A stretch of DNA of 64,000 nucleotides from an uncultured Bacilli bacterium (lineage in GTDB: Bacteria > Bacillota_I > Bacilli_A > RF39 > UBA660), in the NCBI GenBank assembly GCA_949745755.1, contig CATJZL010000065.1, forward strand, positions 1,185 through 65,184, read 5' to 3'. A model generated the notes under the pieces. The model saw nothing but the letters and a program-made list of their open reading frames with translations. It was not told the DNA's origin and did not search any database. Shown here piece after piece: positions 1-8,996 of this stretch (the first letter of the stretch is position 1; each line of letters starts with the position of its first letter). The translations under genes and the position numbers were made by a program.

Positions 1-452
1 GATTCTAAATATAATCTAATATTATTATCCTTAACAAATTCATCATAAGGATCTTCTGCAGTAGCAGGTCTTCCTTGATCAGCACTCCAATCAGCTGGAG
101 CTGTTCCACTAGCTACATTATTTTTTACAGCAACTACCTCATAATTAATAGCTGTTTTACCAATAATTTTAGCAGTTACAGTAAAATCAAATAATTCATT
201 AGTACTAGATAGAACTTTACCTTGAGTTTCAGTCATTGGTATAGCATTAGTAATATTAATTCCATTTTCTGGCTCATTATAAGCCATAGTAACAGCACCA
301 GTTGCAATTGTATTTTCTACTTGTCCTTCTTTACTATAACTAAAAGCAGCGAATGAAATACCTACAACAGCAACGATTAATATTGCTACTCCAAGTACTG
401 ATAATAATACTTGTTTTGATGTATTATTATTATTATCATTATGTTTTTCCAT
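1..452 (-). CDS. Partial (C-terminus beyond the window edge) secreted protein with one N-terminal TM or signal segment. TasA/camelysin-like (SipW-cognate signal peptide class). Paralog of the next gene.
   Basis: Hand translation of the minus strand gives a GGAGGA ribosome-binding site, an ATG at 452 and the protein MEKHNDNNNNTSKQVLLSVLGVAILIVAVVGISFAAFSYSKEGQVEN..TGAVTMAYNE... The hydrophobic segment followed by AAF-x-x-x-K and a GT-V-T-M motif resembles the TasA/CalY N-terminal architecture. It shares extended motifs with the 661..1302 protein (NAIPMTE, ELFDFTV, INYEVVA, IRLYLE). Confidence 0.35.
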   Translation of the reverse strand, partial: MEKHNDNNNNTSKQVLLSVLGVAILIVAVVGISFAAFSYSKEGQVENTIATGAVTMAYNEPENGINITNAIPMTETQGKVLSSTNELFDFTVTAKIIGKTAINYEVVAVKNNVASGTAPADWSADQGRPATAEDPYDEFVKDNNIRLYLE

Positions 453-660
453 ATATAAAATTTCCTCCTATCTTTATTATATACATCCTAATTATATAAT
501 ACCAAAACTTAAAAAGTAAATACCCAAAGTGATTTTTTAGAAAGAATTTGTCATATAAAAAAGATTATAAAATAAAAAAAGAAAGAAAAAGCTTATATTA
601 TAAGGGAAAACCAATTAACAAAAAAATGTAAAATAAAAAATTAGAGACAAACTCTAATCA

Positions 661-1302
661 TTATTCAATACCTTTACCATATACATTAATAGTTACTTTA
701 TAAGTTGATACATTTTCACTAAGCTCAAAAGAACTATCAACCCACATTCTTAATCTATAATATTGATTAAATTCTTTTTTTACAGACACATCTTCTAAGT
801 CAGCAGTACTAAAACTACCTGTATCAAGCTGCATAACCCCCTCTGGAGCACCAAGAGTAGATTTTTTAGTAGAAGGAGTAAAAGGCTTAGGCTCCAAAAC
901 AGAACTATAACTACCATCTGCTACACTACTTTTTTCTAAATAAAGTCTTATATACTGATCATCAATAGTACTACTTTCGTCCTTTTCTGCAACAATTTCA
1001 TAATTGATTGTTGTCTTTCCCATTATATCAGCAGAAACTGTAAAATCAAAAATTTCTCCCTCCCCTACAAGTAGCTTTCCTTTCTCTTCAGTCATAGGAA
1101 TAGCATTTTCTATAGAAATACCATTTAAAGCCTCTGTATAAGTCATAGTAACGGTACCTGTACGAACAACATTCTCTTCTTGTCCCTGTTTAGTAAAAGT
1201 AAAAGCCGCATAACTAACACCAATAATTGTCACAACTAGTATTAAAATACCAACAATAGATAAAATCATCTGTTTTTTATTATTTTCATTCTCTAATTCC
1301 AT
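661..1302 (-). CDS. Secreted protein, TasA/camelysin-like (SipW-cognate signal peptide class). Tandem paralog of the upstream partial gene.
   Basis: A 213-aa ORF with an N-terminal hydrophobic helix (ILSIVGILILVVTIIGVSYAAF) followed by TFTKQGQEEN..TGTVTMTY, similar to the AFFSD..GTLDL start of mature TasA/CalY. No catalytic motifs were recognised. Confidence 0.4.
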   Translation of the reverse strand: MELENENNKKQMILSIVGILILVVTIIGVSYAAFTFTKQGQEENVVRTGTVTMTYTEALNGISIENAIPMTEEKGKLLVGEGEIFDFTVSADIMGKTTINYEIVAEKDESSTIDDQYIRLYLEKSSVADGSYSSVLEPKPFTPSTKKSTLGAPEGVMQLDTGSFSTADLEDVSVKKEFNQYYRLRMWVDSSFELSENVSTYKVTINVYGKGIE

Positions 1303-1445
1303 TCTTCTACTTCCTCCTACCTATTATAAATTCATTATATACGAACAAAAGAGAAAATGCAAACACAATAAAATATATAAATAAATTAAAAAGATAGACA
1401 AACAGAAAAAAATGAGTATAACAATATATAGAAAGGAAGAAAACA

Positions 1446-3896
1446 ATGAACAAAAAGAAAATGAATTATCTAACTATTATCTTATATAGCATAATCTTAA
1501 TAATAATACTAAAAGGAAAAAATCACTTATATGGTTCAAATATTGATTGGATAAATCAACATACAACAATAACTGAATTATTTAGAAATATATTTTATGA
1601 AACAAAAAGACTCATTCCCAATTATTTATTTAATATAGGTGCAGGACAAAATATATTTAATTATAGCTATTATGGATTAATGAGCCCCATAATCTTAATA
1701 TCTTATTTACTACCATTCTTAGATATGAAAAAATATATAGAACTAGCAAGTATAGTATTATATATAGTAACAGGAATATTACTTTACAAATTCTTACTAA
1801 GCAAAAAAAATTCAACTAAATTAAGTCTATTATCTACCATATCATTTCAAACATTCGCATCAATAACCTATCACTTCCATCACCATATTATGTTTGTATG
1901 GTATTTTCCTTTTTTAATATTAGCATTAAAAGGAGTAGATAAATATAGAAAAGAAAAAAAATCTTTACTCCTAATAATAAGTATATTTTTAATTATAATG
2001 ACAAATTATTATTACAGTGTCCCTTCCATCATAACAATAACAATATATGGAACTTATACTCTTCTACAAGAAAACCTAACAGGAAAAGAATTAAAAAAAG
2101 AAATAATAAAGTCATCAATTAGAATTATAACTCCCATACTAATGAGTGCTTTCCTATTATTACCAACAGCATTAACAATGTTTTCTTCTAAAAGAACAAA
2201 TAAAACAGATACAAATTTAATAAACTTTCTAATACCAAATATAGAAGAAATATCTTATTCTCCCTTTAGTATAGGAGTCACTATCCTATTTTTAATAGCA
2301 AGTATTGGAAATTTATGTACAATAAAAAGAAAAAAAAGTGAATCATTTTTAAACACAACAATTTTAATCCTCACTTTATGCCCAATAATCATGTATATTT
2401 TAAATGGAACTTTATATATTAGAGGAAAAGTTCTCATTCCCATACTTCCTTTATATATATTAATAACAACAACCTTCATAAAAAATTTAAAAAAAGACAA
2501 TATAAACAAAAAAAAATTAAAATATAGTATCCTTATATTTACCATAACTTTAATAATATGTAATATAAAATCTCCCTATATCACAACACTAATAATAGAT
2601 TGTATCATAACCATAATAAGCCTATATCTTTATAAAAAAAGAAAAAAAACAGAAATTATATTTATACCATTAATAACTCTATTATTAATTATATCTCTAA
2701 ACAACAATAAAACAGAAAAATATGCATCCACTAAAACACTTGATGATGATAAAAATATAAATGAACTATTAAAAAAAAGAACAGATAAAGATATAGTAAG
2801 AATAAATAATTTAATAAATACAAATAGAACAGTAAACAAAATATACAACGAAAATCATTATAGTACATCGACTTACTCATCAACATATAATAATTATTAT
2901 CATGATTTTTATAATTTTCATATAGGAAATAATATAGAAAGACGAAATACCCTAAATACATCAGGTGCAAACAACTATCTATTTAATAAATTTATGGGAG
3001 TAAAATATATCCTATCAAAAAAAGAAGAAAAGACGTATACCAAAATAGATTCCTACAAAGATATAAATCTCTACTTAAATACAGATTATAATCCTCTAAT
3101 ATATGAAGCAGACAAAGTAGGAAGTAAAGAAACTTATGAGAATTTAAAATTTCCTTATAATTTAGAATACTTAATGAACTATTCAATTACAAAAACGAAT
3201 ACAAAAGAAAAGGATACTTCCTCAATTAAAGAGATAGAATCAAACCTACAAAAAGAATATAAATTTAGTCTAAATAAAGAAAAAAATATAAAATATAAAC
3301 TTCCTCAAAGAATAGAAAATAAAATACTAATACTTTCTTTTGATATGAAAGAAAATGAATTATGCTCCAAAAAAAATACAAATGATGTAACAATAGAAAT
3401 AGAAGGGATAAAAAATAAATTAACTTGCAAAGATTGGTTATATCATAACAAAAATTACAGTTTCGAATATATAATAACATCCAAAGAAAGTCTAGAAGAA
3501 TTAAATATAAAATTATCAAAAGGAAAATATCATATTACAAATATAAAAATATATACAATGAATTATCCGAAAAATACATTAAAAGAAATAAAAAATCTAT
3601 CTATAAATAAAAAAACAAGTACCATAAGAGGAAATATAAATTTAAATAAAGAAAACTACATAATAACAAGTCTTCCCTATGATGAAGGATTTAAAGTTTA
3701 TTTAGATAATAAAGAAATAAAGAAAGAAGTAGTAAATACAGCATTTTTAGGTTTCAAATCACCAAAAGGAAAACACAATATCAAAATAACCTATACATCG
3801 CCTGGATATAATCTAGGTAAAATAATAACCATTCTAAGCATTTGTATAACTTTAATAATCATTAAAAAAGAAAAATATAAAAAATGCATATTTTAA
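1446..3896 (+). CDS. YfhO-family polytopic membrane protein, a putative glycosyltransferase of the lipoteichoic-acid-glycosylating type.
   Basis: An 816-aa ORF. The N-terminal half has more than ten hydrophobic helices and YfhO-like motifs (DWINQH near the N-terminus, YYGLMSPII). The large Asn/Lys-rich C-terminal half is extracytoplasmic and is followed by one final TM helix. Confidence 0.5.
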   Translation: MNKKKMNYLTIILYSIILIIILKGKNHLYGSNIDWINQHTTITELFRNIFYETKRLIPNYLFNIGAGQNIFNYSYYGLMSPIILISYLLPFLDMKKYIELASIVLYIVTGILLYKFLLSKKNSTKLSLLSTISFQTFASITYHFHHHIMFVWYFPFLILALKGVDKYRKEKKSLLLIISIFLIIMTNYYYSVPSIITITIYGTYTLLQENLTGKELKKEIIKSSIRIITPILMSAFLLLPTALTMFSSKRTNKTDTNLINFLIPNIEEISYSPFSIGVTILFLIASIGNLCTIKRKKSESFLNTTILILTLCPIIMYILNGTLYIRGKVLIPILPLYILITTTFIKNLKKDNINKKKLKYSILIFTITLIICNIKSPYITTLIIDCIITIISLYLYKKRKKTEIIFIPLITLLLIISLNNNKTEKYASTKTLDDDKNINELLKKRTDKDIVRINNLINTNRTVNKIYNENHYSTSTYSSTYNNYYHDFYNFHIGNNIERRNTLNTSGANNYLFNKFMGVKYILSKKEEKTYTKIDSYKDINLYLNTDYNPLIYEADKVGSKETYENLKFPYNLEYLMNYSITKTNTKEKDTSSIKEIESNLQKEYKFSLNKEKNIKYKLPQRIENKILILSFDMKENELCSKKNTNDVTIEIEGIKNKLTCKDWLYHNKNYSFEYIITSKESLEELNIKLSKGKYHITNIKIYTMNYPKNTLKEIKNLSINKKTSTIRGNINLNKENYIITSLPYDEGFKVYLDNKEIKKEVVNTAFLGFKSPKGKHNIKITYTSPGYNLGKIITILSICITLIIIKKEKYKKCIF

Positions 3897-4051
3897 ATTA
3901 TCTATAAACTCAAAACTATATTTATCATAATATAATTCTTCATATGCAACACTATTGAATTAAACATACTCCATTAAATATATATACATCATCCTGTATA
4001 CTTTTGATACAATAATATATATCCATTATATTTCTATGCCTACTAAACCTA

Positions 4052-4807
4052 TCAATTAGAGAAAAAAACATGTATAGCATTTTCACTTGTAACAGAAGCA
4101 ACCTCTTCTACTGAAATACCCTTAATATCCGCAATTTTTTTTGCTATAATAGGAATATTTTTAGAAGTATTAACAGAACCACGAAAAGGATCTGGTGCAA
4201 GATAAGGACTATCAGTTTCTAAAACAATATCGGAAAGAGAAATATTTTGAACCACTTCACAAAGCTTAGAATTTTTAAAAGTAAGTACACCACCTATTCC
4301 TAATTTAAATCCCATTTTAATATAAATTTTTGCTGTATCTAAACTACCACTAAAACAATGAATAACTCCCTTTACTTTATATTTAGATAAAATCTTGATT
4401 GTATCCTCTGTAGCATCCCTAGAATGAATAACAACAGGTAAAGTAAGCTTTTCTGAAAGAGCAAGCTGCCTTTCAAACAATGAAATTTGTAAATCCTTAT
4501 TGTCTTTCACATAATGATAATCAAGTCCTATTTCTCCTATTGCAAGGACTTTTTTATTATTTTTTATATATTCTTCCAATTCAACTAAATCTTTTTGTAC
4601 AACCTCCTCAACAGAATCTGGATGATATCCAATACTAGCATATATATCACTATACTTATTAACAAAAAAAAGACTTTCTTTAATACCTTTCTTATCACAT
4701 CCAGAAACAATAATCTTAGAAACTCCCATATCATGATTATCATTCAAAACCTTATCAATATCATCATAATAATCAAGAGACAAATGACAATGTGTATCTA
4801 TAAACAT
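4052..4807 (-). CDS. tatD: TatD-family metal-dependent hydrolase (DNase).
   Basis: A 251-aa ORF starting MFIDTHCHL with conserved His/Asp/Glu positions of the TIM-barrel TatD fold. It sits next to metG, as yabD does in B. subtilis. Confidence 0.85.
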   Translation of the reverse strand: MFIDTHCHLSLDYYDDIDKVLNDNHDMGVSKIIVSGCDKKGIKESLFFVNKYSDIYASIGYHPDSVEEVVQKDLVELEEYIKNNKKVLAIGEIGLDYHYVKDNKDLQISLFERQLALSEKLTLPVVIHSRDATEDTIKILSKYKVKGVIHCFSGSLDTAKIYIKMGFKLGIGGVLTFKNSKLCEVVQNISLSDIVLETDSPYLAPDPFRGSVNTSKNIPIIAKKIADIKGISVEEVASVTSENAIHVFFSN

Positions 4808-4828
4808 AAAAACCTCCCAGTAAAAAAA

Positions 4829-5017
4829 TCACAATGAACCATTATGATTTTTTCTATACCTATAAACCTTTAAACGAACATAATAAAAAGTAACAACAAC
4901 AAAATAAACAACATCCAATAAATTACCATCACTCTTTATTAATAAAAGTAAAAAAATACTACTCAAAAAATAAATACTATCCAAATTCATTAACTTACTT
5001 AAAGTATCATCTGACAT
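4829..5017 (-). CDS. Hypothetical small membrane protein of 62 aa with two predicted TM helices.
   Basis: An internal ATG at 5017 is preceded by AAAGGAG about 8 nt upstream. The protein MSDDTLSKLMNLDSIYFLSSIFLLLLIKSDGNLLDVVYFVVVTFYYV... has two hydrophobic segments. The longer ORF-track version (start 5092) has no ribosome-binding site. Nothing else was recognisable in the 313-bp metG-tatD gap. Confidence 0.3.
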   Translation of the reverse strand: MSDDTLSKLMNLDSIYFLSSIFLLLLIKSDGNLLDVVYFVVVTFYYVRLKVYRYRKNHNGSL

Positions 5018-5120
5018 AGATTTGCTCCTTTTGTATATTTTATACTGCATTACTAACATACCATAAAAATAAAAAAGAAAATAGAAAAACATCTAATTTT
5101 ATCAAAATTTACATTTTATT

Positions 5121-6641
5121 TTACATATTTTTTACGTCAATACGCATAAATAAAGGTTCTATCTCTCCAAGATCATAAGAATTATCTTTTTGATAAGAGA
5201 AACACTCAACAAAATTATTTAGTTGTTTCTGTATTTTTGAAGATGTATCAGGTATATAAGGACTTAAAAATAGGGAACAAACACGAATACCTTCAAGTAA
5301 ATTATAAAGAACAGTCTCAAGCCTTTCCTTAGAACTATCATCTTTAGCTAGTAACCATGGAGTAGTATCATCAATGTATTTATTACTACTACGAACAACA
5401 TTCATAATCTCACTAATAGCATTACTAACTTCTAAATTATCCATTCTCTCCTCAACTCTCTTATCAATGGAATCAATTTGAGCAATATAAGAACAATCCA
5501 CATCTTCAACTTTTCCTCTATTAACAATCTTCCCACTAAAATATTTATATCCCATAGAAAGTGTTCGATTAACTAAATTCCCTAACACATTCGCAAGATC
5601 ACTATTAATTCTTTCTATTAACAACTCACGTGTAATATTACCATCATCAGCAAAAGGAATTTCATGAAGCAAATAATAACGAACAGCATCTACACCAAAT
5701 TCTTCCACTAAAGTATCAGCATAAAGTACATTACCCTTACTTTTACTCATCTTATCATCATTCATTAAAAGCCAAGGATGACCAAATACTTTTTTTGGAA
5801 GTTCTAAACCAAGAGACCATAAAAAGCAAGGCCAATAAATAGAATGAAAACGAATTATATCTTTTCCAATCAAATGTACATCACAAGGCCAATATTTCTT
5901 AAATTCATCTGTAACATCATCTACATCATAACCAATATTAGTAATATAATTAGTTAAAGCATCGAGCCAAACATAAACTACATGCCCTTCATCAAAATCA
6001 ACTGGTATCCCCCAAGTAAAAGAAGTCCTAGAAACACATAAATCCTGTAAACCTGGTTTAATAAAATTATTAAGCATTTCATTTTTTCTAGAAACAGGTT
6101 GTATAAAATCAGGATGACTTTCTATATAATCTTCCAATTTTTTCTGATACTTAGATAATCGAAAAAAATAGGCCTCTTCTAAAGCTTCATGAACTTCTCG
6201 ACCACAATCTGGACATTTTCCATCGATAAGTTGTGACTCTGTCCAAAAAGATTCACATGGAGTACAATAAAGTCCTTTATATTCCCCTTTATAAATATCT
6301 CCATTATCATACATCTTTTTAAAAATATGTTGTACTACCCTTTCATGATTTACATCCGTAGTTCGAACAAACTTATCATAACTAGTATTCATAACATCCC
6401 AAATTCTTTGAATTTCACTTGAAATATCATCAACAAATTCCTTAGGTTGAATTCCATTTTCTCTTGCTTTTATCTCGATCTTCTCACCATGTTCATCTGT
6501 ACCAGTTTGAAAATAAACATCATATCCCTTTAATCTTTTATATCTTGCAATACTATCAGCAAGCACAATTTCATAAGTATTTCCAATATGTGGTTTAGCA
6601 GATGCATAAGCAATCGCTGTACTAATATAAAATTTTTCCAT
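5121..6641 (-). CDS. metG: Methionyl-tRNA synthetase, short form without the C-terminal tRNA-binding domain.
   Basis: A 506-aa ORF with a HIGH-type motif (AKPHIGN), a KMSKS motif and CPDCG zinc knuckles. Confidence 0.9.
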   Translation of the reverse strand: MEKFYISTAIAYASAKPHIGNTYEIVLADSIARYKRLKGYDVYFQTGTDEHGEKIEIKARENGIQPKEFVDDISSEIQRIWDVMNTSYDKFVRTTDVNHERVVQHIFKKMYDNGDIYKGEYKGLYCTPCESFWTESQLIDGKCPDCGREVHEALEEAYFFRLSKYQKKLEDYIESHPDFIQPVSRKNEMLNNFIKPGLQDLCVSRTSFTWGIPVDFDEGHVVYVWLDALTNYITNIGYDVDDVTDEFKKYWPCDVHLIGKDIIRFHSIYWPCFLWSLGLELPKKVFGHPWLLMNDDKMSKSKGNVLYADTLVEEFGVDAVRYYLLHEIPFADDGNITRELLIERINSDLANVLGNLVNRTLSMGYKYFSGKIVNRGKVEDVDCSYIAQIDSIDKRVEERMDNLEVSNAISEIMNVVRSSNKYIDDTTPWLLAKDDSSKERLETVLYNLLEGIRVCSLFLSPYIPDTSSKIQKQLNNFVECFSYQKDNSYDLGEIEPLFMRIDVKNM

Positions 6642-6644
6642 TAT

Positions 6645-6900
6645 AAATCACTCCTTATCACAAAAAAAGCTATCATAATATAAGGACGAATAATTCCGCG
6701 ATACCACCTTATTTTATAATAACTAAATTATACACTCAAATAGTTAACGCCTATCTACGATTACATTTACATATCAACATAATAGTTCAAAAGCCATAAT
6801 CATTATATAGTAATATTTCTCTCACACCATAAAGAAACTCTCTTAAATTACAAATATAATAACCTCTTTCTCATCACATTTGATATAAACAGAATAACAT
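6645..6900 (-). promoter_or_regulatory. T-box riboswitch leader upstream of metG.
   Basis: A 267-bp untranslated leader. Its minus-strand sequence contains AGGUGGUAUCGCGGAA (plus strand about 6703..6720), which matches the T-box consensus AGGGUGGNACCGCGG. A U-tract lies just before the metG ribosome-binding site. Confidence 0.5.
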
Positions 6901-6908
6901 AAAATCAC

Positions 6909-7433
6909 TTATTCCTCAATATATTTAACAAAAATATCTAAAATCAAATTTAAAAAAACCTTATCCATCTCATGAACTTCATCATCTCCAAAAAATACAA
7001 CCCCCCCAACTACATCACCATTTGTAATCATACTAGAAAAAATAAAATGACTATTTATTTCTTTTTTATCAGTTAAAGAAAGCATTGTATTATTAACATA
7101 TTCCTTTTTCCTCTCCTCCATAAAATGATAAATATCATTAGAAATATTTTTACCTACAAAAGACTCTATATCTCCCCCAGCACCACATATAATCTTATCT
7201 CTATCACATATTAATATATTTTTTGCAGTAAGAACACTAATTTTATCAATAAATATTTTAAAAACATCACGAATATCCTCTAAAGTAGAATATTTCTTTA
7301 AAATAATATTCTCATTACTAATATTAATCTCTAAAGGATCACCATCCTTTATTCTTAAAGTTTTTCGAATTTCCTTTGGAATAACTATTCGCCCTAAATC
7401 ATCTATTCTTCTTACTATACCTGTTGTATTCAT
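6909..7433 (-). CDS. spoVT: Stage V sporulation protein T: AbrB/MazE-type N-terminal DNA-binding domain plus a GAF-like C-terminal domain.
   Basis: A 174-aa ORF. Its N-terminus, MNTTGIVRRIDDLGRIVIPKEIRKTLRIKDGDPLEI, closely matches the SpoVT/AbrB swapped-hairpin domain. The length and the mfd-proximal position match B. subtilis spoVT. Confidence 0.75.
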   Translation of the reverse strand: MNTTGIVRRIDDLGRIVIPKEIRKTLRIKDGDPLEINISNENIILKKYSTLEDIRDVFKIFIDKISVLTAKNILICDRDKIICGAGGDIESFVGKNISNDIYHFMEERKKEYVNNTMLSLTDKKEINSHFIFSSMITNGDVVGGVVFFGDDEVHEMDKVFLNLILDIFVKYIEE

Positions 7434-7589
7434 ACATTCCTCACTTTCTATATATCTATATATAGCATGAGTAAATATATTTTTTTTATACGATAAAGAT
7501 ATATTTTTTAATAATTTTATTCAAAACAAAACTTTATCATAATGAATATCTCCATCAAAATTATAAATTACTATATACAAATAATAAAT

Positions 7590-8228
7590 TTACTTAATCT
7601 TTACAAACTTTTTCATATGTTCAATATTAAAATTTCTCAAATCTTCCATATGAGAATACATAGCAAGAATAGAAAACGTATTTTCAATATTATGTTCACT
7701 TAAACAATCTCTTTTTGTTAAAGGAGAAAAAACATACTCATTTTCATACATTGCAAAATAATTTAATATTTCATTCTTTGAACTCAAAAGAATATTCTTT
7801 TTATAGATAAAACCTCTATCCAAAATTTTTTTACCAGAACGAACGGGTTTACCCGTTGACTGAAAAAAAGTCAACTCTTCATCTAAATATTGCTGTAAAA
7901 AAGAAATCGCTTGATCAAGCATGACTATAGTTTTAGGTCCCATAGACTTAATTTTCAATTTATCATCATAAGTTAAAGTAACATAATCATAAACATAAGA
8001 AAAAAAATCACAAACACGATGATCCCCAATACCTACTATAGGTAAATAAGACATAGGTATATCTTCCAATAAAGAAAAAATATCACTACAAATAACATCT
8101 TCCCTGTTTAAACATGTATGAATATAAGCACGTATATCTTTAACCTTAGAATGATTATTTATAATATAAAGTAATGCATTTAACTCATTGTTACTAAGTC
8201 CATCTATAAACTCTTTTATATTTTCCAT
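7590..8228 (-). CDS. Hypothetical protein of 212 aa, with no transmembrane segment and no recognised domain.
   Basis: A long ORF 21 bp downstream of the preceding gene, with an AAGGA ribosome-binding site. Codon usage and composition match neighbouring genes. No family recognised. Confidence 0.55.
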   Translation of the reverse strand: MENIKEFIDGLSNNELNALLYIINNHSKVKDIRAYIHTCLNREDVICSDIFSLLEDIPMSYLPIVGIGDHRVCDFFSYVYDYVTLTYDDKLKIKSMGPKTIVMLDQAISFLQQYLDEELTFFQSTGKPVRSGKKILDRGFIYKKNILLSSKNEILNYFAMYENEYVFSPLTKRDCLSEHNIENTFSILAMYSHMEDLRNFNIEHMKKFVKIK

Positions 8229-8249
8229 TTCACACTCATCCTTCTAAAA

Positions 8250-8891
8250 TTATAAATTATTAATTCTTGAATTCATCTTAGTAAAAATATATCTTTCCCC
8301 CTGTTCTTTAACCCCATTAATCAAAGTTGTATCCTTAACCAGTATCTTAAGATTGATATTTTCCATAAATTGTTTTTGATAAGTAATTCTAAAATATTTT
8401 GATAATTCTTCATATATATCCTGAAAACAACTCTCATCAAAAAAAAGAACAGATATATTTTCTATCAAATACTTAGAAATATCCTCGCTGACAACTTTTT
8501 TTAAATGACTATTAATTTTTTTATTAATAACAGACAACTGTTTTTTAGTAATCCTAATAATATCATATTCTTTTTTAGGAGAAAAAGACTCTATATCCTG
8601 AATTAAGTTATTTACTCGAAAATCTTGAATAAACAAAATATCATTACAAATAGCAGTCCTATATTCTAACAATAATTCATCTACTATTTCTGTATTTAAT
8701 ACTATATCTTTCTTTTTAGCAACAGAAAGAAATTTATTTTTAATAACATCCATAGAATCAAGAGGTGGTTTTTTAATTAAACTCATTATATCATCCTCAA
8801 TCAAAGAAATGGTATTATTACGAATAATCTCACTTACTGCCAAAATATAATTATTAAAAGATTGTCTTTTTATTTCATCTAATTCTGTCAT
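8250..8891 (-). CDS. Hypothetical protein of 213 aa with no recognised domain, first gene of a two-gene operon.
   Basis: A long ORF. A possible TTGACT-N17-TATTCT promoter lies in the 105-bp gap after mfd. No family recognised. Confidence 0.55.
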   Translation of the reverse strand: MTELDEIKRQSFNNYILAVSEIIRNNTISLIEDDIMSLIKKPPLDSMDVIKNKFLSVAKKKDIVLNTEIVDELLLEYRTAICNDILFIQDFRVNNLIQDIESFSPKKEYDIIRITKKQLSVINKKINSHLKKVVSEDISKYLIENISVLFFDESCFQDIYEELSKYFRITYQKQFMENINLKILVKDTTLINGVKEQGERYIFTKMNSRINNL

Positions 8892-8996
8892 TCTATCACT
8901 ATCCTAATAGTTAAAGAATAACGTAACATAAAATAGAAGTCAAGATTTTAATAAAAAGAATGTATCTTTACAAGAAAGAAAAAATATATTTTCCTA

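Noticed and set aside
2255-3519. Five minus-strand ORFs of 64-96 aa inside the YfhO gene (2255..2545, 2630..2848, 2731..2970, 2992..3186, 3265..3519).
   Set aside because: They lie antisense within a long coding region with coherent membrane-protein features. Their Phe-, Leu- and Ile-rich translations are the typical antisense artefact of AT-rich DNA.
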